28,538 bases of DNA, taken from assembly GCA_017420825.1 (NCBI GenBank), contig JAFQNU010000108.1, positions 1-28,538 on the forward strand. Direction: 5' to 3'. Made by a program: the position numbers and the translations under genes. The DNA is from Clostridia bacterium. Lineage in GTDB: Bacteria; Bacillota; Clostridia; UBA1381. Below the pieces are notes generated by a model, which had not been told where the DNA came from, made no database searches, and saw only the letters and a list, made by a program, of their open reading frames with translations. This document shows positions 23,973-28,538 of this stretch, one piece after another (positions within the stretch are counted from its first letter, which is position 1; every line of letters begins with the position of its first letter).

Positions 23973-26585
23973 ATGAAAAATTATGAAATTGTAGACAGTG
24001 TTGAAACACTTGGTACAGCATTAAAAAGAATAAGAAAAGCACAGGAAGAGTTTGCAACATTTTCACAGGAAAAGGTTGATGAAATCTTTAAGGCGGCAGC
24101 AATTGCTGCAAATCAGGCAAGAATTTCGCTTGCAAAAATGGCAGTTGAAGAAACAGGAATGGGTATAGTTGAGGATAAGGTTATCAAAAATCACTATGCA
24201 TCAGAGTATATATATAATGCATATAAGAACACAAAAACCTGCGGTGTGATTGAGGAGGATAAGGCATACGGAATACAAAAAATTGCAGAGCCTATCGGAG
24301 TTATTGCGGCTGTTATCCCGACAACAAACCCTACATCAACAGCAATATTTAAAACACTTATTGCTCTGAAGACAAGAAATGGTATAATTATCAGCCCTCA
24401 CCCGAGAGCAAAGAACTGTACTATTGAAGCATCAAGAATTGTGCTTGAGGCTGCAGTTAAGGCAGGTGCACCCGAAGGGATTATCGGCTGGATTGATGTT
24501 CCGAGCCTTGAGCTTACAAATATGGTAATGAAGGAATCGGATACAATTCTGGCAACAGGCGGTCCCGGAATGGTTAAGGCGGCATACTCAAGCGGAAAGC
24601 CGGCTTTGGGTGTTGGAGCAGGTAACACCCCTGCAATTATTGATGAGAGTGCAGATATTTTGCTTGCAGTAAACTCAATCATTCACTCAAAGACATTTGA
24701 TAATGGTATGATTTGTGCGTCAGAGCAGTCTGTCATAGTTGATGAGAGCATATATAATAAGGTAAAAAAGGAGTTTGCAGACAGAGGCTGTTATTTCCTT
24801 AAGAAGGACGAAATTGACAAGGTAAGAAAAACCATTATTATAAACGGCTCATTAAATGCAAAGATTGTAGGACAAAAGCCATACACAATAGCGAAGCTTG
24901 CAGGTGTTGATGTTCCTGAAAGCACAAAAATATTAATTGGTGAGGTAACAAGCGTTGATATCAGTGAGGAGTTTGCTCATGAAAAGCTTTCACCTGTTTT
25001 GGCAATGTACAAATCAAAGAGCTTTGATGAGGCGGTTGATAAGGCAGATAGGCTAGTTGCTGACGGTGGATTTGGTCATACTGCATCACTTTATATTAAT
25101 ACTGTTACAGAGCAGGAGAAGCTAAATAAATTCAGTGCAAGAATGAAGGCTTGCCGAATTGTAATAAATACTCCGTCATCACATGGAGGTATCGGGGATT
25201 TGTATAACTTTGCACTTGCTCCGTCACTTACTCTTGGATGTGGCTCATGGGGAGGAAATTCAGTTTCTGAAAACGTTGGAGTTAAGCATCTTTTAAATAT
25301 TAAAACAGTTGCCGAGAGGAGAGAAAATATGCTTTGGTTCAGAGCACCTGAAAAGGTATATATGAAAAAAGGCTGTCTGAGTGTTGCGCTTGACGAGCTT
25401 AAAAACGTAATGGGTAAGAAAAAAGCATTTATCGTAACAGATAACTTCCTTTATGCAAACGGATACACAAAGGCAATCACGAATAAGCTTGACGAAATGG
25501 GTATTACACACACAACCTTCTTTGACGTTGAGCCTGACCCGACATTAGCATGTGCAAAGGCAGGAGCAGAGCTCATGAAGAGCTTTGAGCCTGATTGTAT
25601 AATCTCAATCGGCGGCGGAAGTGCCATGGATGCTGCAAAAATTATGTGGGTACTCTATGAGCATCCCGAAGCAGATTTCATGGATATGGCAATGCGCTTT
25701 GTTGATATCAGAAAGAGAATATACACATTCCCGAAAATGGGAGAGAAGGCATACTTTATTGCTGTTCCGACATCAGCAGGAACAGGCTCGGAGGTAACAC
25801 CTTTTGCTGTTATCACCGATGAGAAAACAGGCGTTAAATATCCGCTTGCTGATTATGAGTTAATGCCTAACATGGCAATTATAGATGCAGACTTGCATAT
25901 GAGCGCTCCAAAGGGTCTGACTGCCGCATCAGGAATTGATGCTCTTACTCACGCAGTAGAGGCATATGCGTCAATGCTTGCAACAGACTACACAGACGGA
26001 CTCGCATTGCGTGCGCTAAAGATAATATTTGAATTTTTGCCAAGAGCCTATGAGAATGGTCAGACAGATGTACTTGCAAGAGAAAAGATGGCTAATGCCG
26101 CAACAATTGCAGGTATGGCATTTGCGAATGCGTTTTTGGGAGTTTGTCACTCAATGGCGCATAAGCTTGGCGCATTCCACCACTTACCACACGGAGTTGC
26201 AAATGCATTGCTCATAAATGAGGTAATAAGATTTAATGCAGTTGAAGCACCTGTAAAAATGGGTACCTTCTCACAATACGACCACCCCCACACTGCAGAG
26301 CGTTATGCGGAAATTGCAGATTATCTCGGCTTTGGCGGAAAGACAAACGAGGAAAAGGTTGAAAATCTTATAAAGGAAATAGATAAGCTTAAAAAGCTTG
26401 TAGGAATTAAGGAAACAATCAAGGACTACGGAATTGACGAAAAAGCGTTTACAGACAGACTTGATGAGATGACAGAGCAGGCATTTGATGACCAGTGTAC
26501 AGGTGCAAATCCAAGATATCCGCTTATGAGTGAAATCAAGGGAATGTACTTGAATGCATACTATGGCAAGCATACAAAAATCTGA
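23973..26585 (+). CDS. adhE: Bifunctional acetaldehyde-CoA/alcohol dehydrogenase
   Basis: ALDH domain (PTTNPTST, GVGAGN, ICASEQ), linker GCGSWGGNS, Fe-ADH domain (GGGSAMDAAK, HSMAHK..HG). Confidence 0.97.
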   Translation: MKNYEIVDSVETLGTALKRIRKAQEEFATFSQEKVDEIFKAAAIAANQARISLAKMAVEETGMGIVEDKVIKNHYASEYIYNAYKNTKTCGVIEEDKAYGIQKIAEPIGVIAAVIPTTNPTSTAIFKTLIALKTRNGIIISPHPRAKNCTIEASRIVLEAAVKAGAPEGIIGWIDVPSLELTNMVMKESDTILATGGPGMVKAAYSSGKPALGVGAGNTPAIIDESADILLAVNSIIHSKTFDNGMICASEQSVIVDESIYNKVKKEFADRGCYFLKKDEIDKVRKTIIINGSLNAKIVGQKPYTIAKLAGVDVPESTKILIGEVTSVDISEEFAHEKLSPVLAMYKSKSFDEAVDKADRLVADGGFGHTASLYINTVTEQEKLNKFSARMKACRIVINTPSSHGGIGDLYNFALAPSLTLGCGSWGGNSVSENVGVKHLLNIKTVAERRENMLWFRAPEKVYMKKGCLSVALDELKNVMGKKKAFIVTDNFLYANGYTKAITNKLDEMGITHTTFFDVEPDPTLACAKAGAELMKSFEPDCIISIGGGSAMDAAKIMWVLYEHPEADFMDMAMRFVDIRKRIYTFPKMGEKAYFIAVPTSAGTGSEVTPFAVITDEKTGVKYPLADYELMPNMAIIDADLHMSAPKGLTAASGIDALTHAVEAYASMLATDYTDGLALRALKIIFEFLPRAYENGQTDVLAREKMANAATIAGMAFANAFLGVCHSMAHKLGAFHHLPHGVANALLINEVIRFNAVEAPVKMGTFSQYDHPHTAERYAEIADYLGFGGKTNEEKVENLIKEIDKLKKLVGIKETIKDYGIDEKAFTDRLDEMTEQAFDDQCTGANPRYPLMSEIKGMYLNAYYGKHTKI

Positions 26586-26607
26586 TTAACAGAAAGGAAG
26601 TATAGTT

Positions 26608-27357
26608 ATGAAGTTTGATAAAACTATTGCTGTTCGTGAGAATAAAACAATATATAAAACAGGCGATGCAGTTGTCAAGGTTTTTGACAGCAGTTACTCA
26701 AAGGCAGATGTTTTGAACGAAGCACTCAATCAGGCAAGAATTGAGGAAACAGGTATAAATATGCCAAAAATCAGAGAGGTTCTCACCATTGACGGAAAAT
26801 GGGCGATTGTTTCTGATTTTATAGAGGGAAAAACCATGGCACAGCTTATGGAGGAAAATCCCGATAAATATGATGAGTATCTTGATAAATTTGTTGATTT
26901 ACAGCTTGATATACACAACAGAAAAGCACCGCTTTTGAATAAATTGAAGGATAAAATGCACAGAAAGATTTCTGAGGCAGACCTTGACGCAACAACAAAA
27001 TATGAGTTAAATACAAGACTAGAGTCAATGCCTAAGCATAATAAGGTTTGCCATGGTGATTTCAACCCTGCAAATATTATAATATCACCAGACGGAACAC
27101 CTTATGTTCTTGACTGGGCGCACGCAACTCAGGGTAATGCGTCGGCAGACGTTGCAAGAACTTATTTGCTGTTCTGTTTAAAGGGCGACGAGATGATAGC
27201 AAAAAAATATCTTGACATATTCTGTAAAAAGAGTGATACCGCAAGACAGTATGTGCAAAAATGGATGCCGATAGTTGCAGCATCACAGTCGGTTAAAGGA
27301 AAGCCTGAAGAAAGAGAATTTCTCCTTTCGTGGGCAGATGTTGTAGAGTATGAATAA
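26608..27357 (+). CDS. APH/choline-kinase-like phosphotransferase (protein-kinase-like fold)
   Basis: VVK Lys, NEA Glu, Brenner motif HGDFNPAN and LDW; AAAGGAAG RBS. Confidence 0.82.
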   Translation: MKFDKTIAVRENKTIYKTGDAVVKVFDSSYSKADVLNEALNQARIEETGINMPKIREVLTIDGKWAIVSDFIEGKTMAQLMEENPDKYDEYLDKFVDLQLDIHNRKAPLLNKLKDKMHRKISEADLDATTKYELNTRLESMPKHNKVCHGDFNPANIIISPDGTPYVLDWAHATQGNASADVARTYLLFCLKGDEMIAKKYLDIFCKKSDTARQYVQKWMPIVAASQSVKGKPEEREFLLSWADVVEYE

Positions 27358-27381
27358 AAAAGGAGCAATTGCTCCTTTTTT
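27356..27381 (+). terminator. Rho-independent terminator of adhE-phosphotransferase
   Basis: Perfect palindrome AAAAAAGGAGCAATTGCTCCTTTTTT. Confidence 0.88.
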
Positions 27382-27423
27382 GGTAGTACAATACAAAGGT
27401 TGAAAATTAAGTGAGGAGTATGT

Positions 27424-28278
27424 ATGGAAAAGCTTTGGATAGTTTTTATATTGATATACAGTTTATTAAAGGGTTCACGTGAGGGCATGAAAAAAGCCGC
27501 TTTGAAGAAGAGCAGCTCAAGCGAGATTTTATTTTTCTATTCATTGATAGGGTTTATTCTTATAACACCGTTTTCATCTGATGCTTTTGCAATTGCACCT
27601 GTATATGTATTCTACATATTTATAAAGTCGGCAGTTGTGTGTATCGCCTGGATATTTGCATTTACTGCATTAAAAAGTATGTCGGTGAGCCTGTATGGAA
27701 TAATGGACTTGTCAAGAATGGTGTTCTCTACAATGCTCGGAGTTTTAGCTCTTGGTGAAAGCTTTACACTGCCAAAGGCGATAGGTGTTGTGTTGGTCAT
27801 TGTTGGTCTTATGCTTGCAAATCGTAAGAAAAGCTCAGAAACAAAGGGAGTTACAGCTTTTGTTTTAGTTGCGGCACTTTTAAATTGCTTTTTTAATGCC
27901 GTGTCGGGAACAATGGATAAGGTTCTTATGCAGTTTATGACATCATCACAGCTACAATTCTGGTTCATGCTTTTCTCAACTGTGATTTACGGAGCAATAT
28001 TGTTTGTGCGAAGAGAAAAAATATCAGTAAAATGTCTTAGAACAAACTACTGGATTCCTTTGATGAGCATATCGCTTATAGTGGGTGACAGATTGCTTTT
28101 TGAGGCAAATGCAAGCCCTGACAGCGAGGTTACGCTAATGACAATAATAAAACAATCGTCTGTAATAGTCACAGTGCTGACAGGCTATTTTGTGTTTAAA
28201 GAAAAGCATATTCTATATAAGCTTATGTGTGCGGGCATAGTTCTTGCAGGAATATTTGTGTCAATTTTCTGGCGGTGA
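27424..28278 (+). CDS. EamA/DMT family transporter
   Basis: About 10 hydrophobic segments in two repeats, LGESFTLPKAIG and FKEKHILYK motifs; GAGGAG RBS. Confidence 0.82.
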   Translation: MEKLWIVFILIYSLLKGSREGMKKAALKKSSSSEILFFYSLIGFILITPFSSDAFAIAPVYVFYIFIKSAVVCIAWIFAFTALKSMSVSLYGIMDLSRMVFSTMLGVLALGESFTLPKAIGVVLVIVGLMLANRKKSSETKGVTAFVLVAALLNCFFNAVSGTMDKVLMQFMTSSQLQFWFMLFSTVIYGAILFVRREKISVKCLRTNYWIPLMSISLIVGDRLLFEANASPDSEVTLMTIIKQSSVIVTVLTGYFVFKEKHILYKLMCAGIVLAGIFVSIFWR

Positions 28279-28301
28279 AAACATAATGTTACATTTCATT
28301 G

Positions 28302-28332
28302 AAAAAAGCATCGATAAAATCGATGCTTTTTT
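28302..28332. terminator. Bidirectional terminator between EamA and the tRNA operon
   Basis: AAAAAAGCATCGAT-AAA-ATCGATGCTTTTTT. Confidence 0.88.
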
Positions 28333-28333
28333 G

Positions 28334-28418
28334 TGGTGGGAGAGGATGGATTCGAACCATCGAAGCGAGACGCAACAGATTTACAGTCTGCCCCCTTTGG
28401 CCACTCGGGAACTCTCCC
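28334..28418 (-). tRNA. tRNA-Tyr (GTA)
   Basis: Acceptor GGGAGAG/CTCTCCC, anticodon loop CTGTAAA, long variable arm, TTCGAAT T-loop, encoded CCA; 85 nt. Confidence 0.96.
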
Positions 28419-28494
28419 TGGAGCTGGTGATGGGACTCGAACCCGCAACCTGCTGATTACAAATCAGCTGCTCTGCCAATTGAGCTACACCAGC
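28419..28494 (-). tRNA. tRNA-Thr (TGT)
   Basis: Acceptor GCTGGTG/CACCAGC, anticodon stem GCTGA/TCAGC with loop TTTGTAA, encoded CCA; 76 nt. Confidence 0.95.
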
Positions 28495-28507
28495 ACATAT
28501 TAAATTT

Positions 28508-28538
28508 TGGTGGGAGTAACAGGGCTCGAACCTGTGAC
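28508..28538 (-). tRNA. 3' part of a tRNA (probably Val), truncated by the window edge
   Basis: GTCACAGGTTCGAGCCCTGTTACTCCCACCA: T-arm, acceptor 3' strand, A73 and CCA. The anticodon is not visible. Confidence 0.75.

Noticed and set aside
26608-27357. Aminoglycoside resistance gene
   Set aside because: The APH fold alone is not diagnostic; its operonic position under Rex and the lack of mobile context argue for a housekeeping role.
1063-27968. Many 60-190 aa ORFs antisense or out-of-frame within annotated genes (e.g. 3015-3590, 22099-22566, 27612-27968)
   Set aside because: They lie within well-supported genes, lack RBSs and recognisable motifs, and have the Ser/Ile/Phe-rich composition typical of antisense frames.
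28244-28456. 70-aa plus-strand ORF
   Set aside because: It is a shadow ORF antisense to tRNA-Tyr/Thr and runs through a terminator.
28302-28538. Possible phage or island attachment site at the tRNA 3' ends
   Set aside because: No duplicated tRNA 3' fragment or integrase is seen in the window, and the native terminator follows tRNA-Tyr directly.
1-28538. CRISPR arrays, IS elements, prophage or defence genes, rRNA, riboswitches
   Set aside because: I saw no regularly spaced repeats, transposase or integrase motifs, or recognisable structured leaders; a covariance-model search would be needed to exclude small ncRNAs.

Overview
Mostly core-genome DNA of a low-GC, spore-forming Clostridia-type Firmicute (inferred from an intact pro-sigK, Clostridial-type murD and adhE, and sigma-A promoters). 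I saw no mobile element, CRISPR array or prophage. Left to right: a GDSL esterase; an intergenic DnaA-box cluster; a minus-strand operon of three M42 aminopeptidase paralogues with murD embedded, ending in an alpha/beta esterase; polysaccharide deacetylase-aroA; class III ribonucleotide reductase nrdDG with an unusual upstream region (two near-perfect NrdR boxes 147 bp apart enclosing a 25-bp inverted repeat with WalR-like direct repeats); sigK; a CofE-like ligase; a ferritin-like protein with a candidate forespore promoter; a YmfI-like SDR; nusB-TsaD-like-xseAB-ispA-DUF212; an oppositely oriented rodA; dxs-tlyA-ispE; Rex-boxed adhE followed by a kinase-fold gene; an EamA transporter; and the 3' end of a tRNA operon (partial probable Val, Thr, Tyr). 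The best leads are non-coding (orphan DnaA-box cluster, nrdD upstream architecture) plus several conserved genes of unknown function in suggestive contexts. All calls come from manual motif reading, with no database searches.
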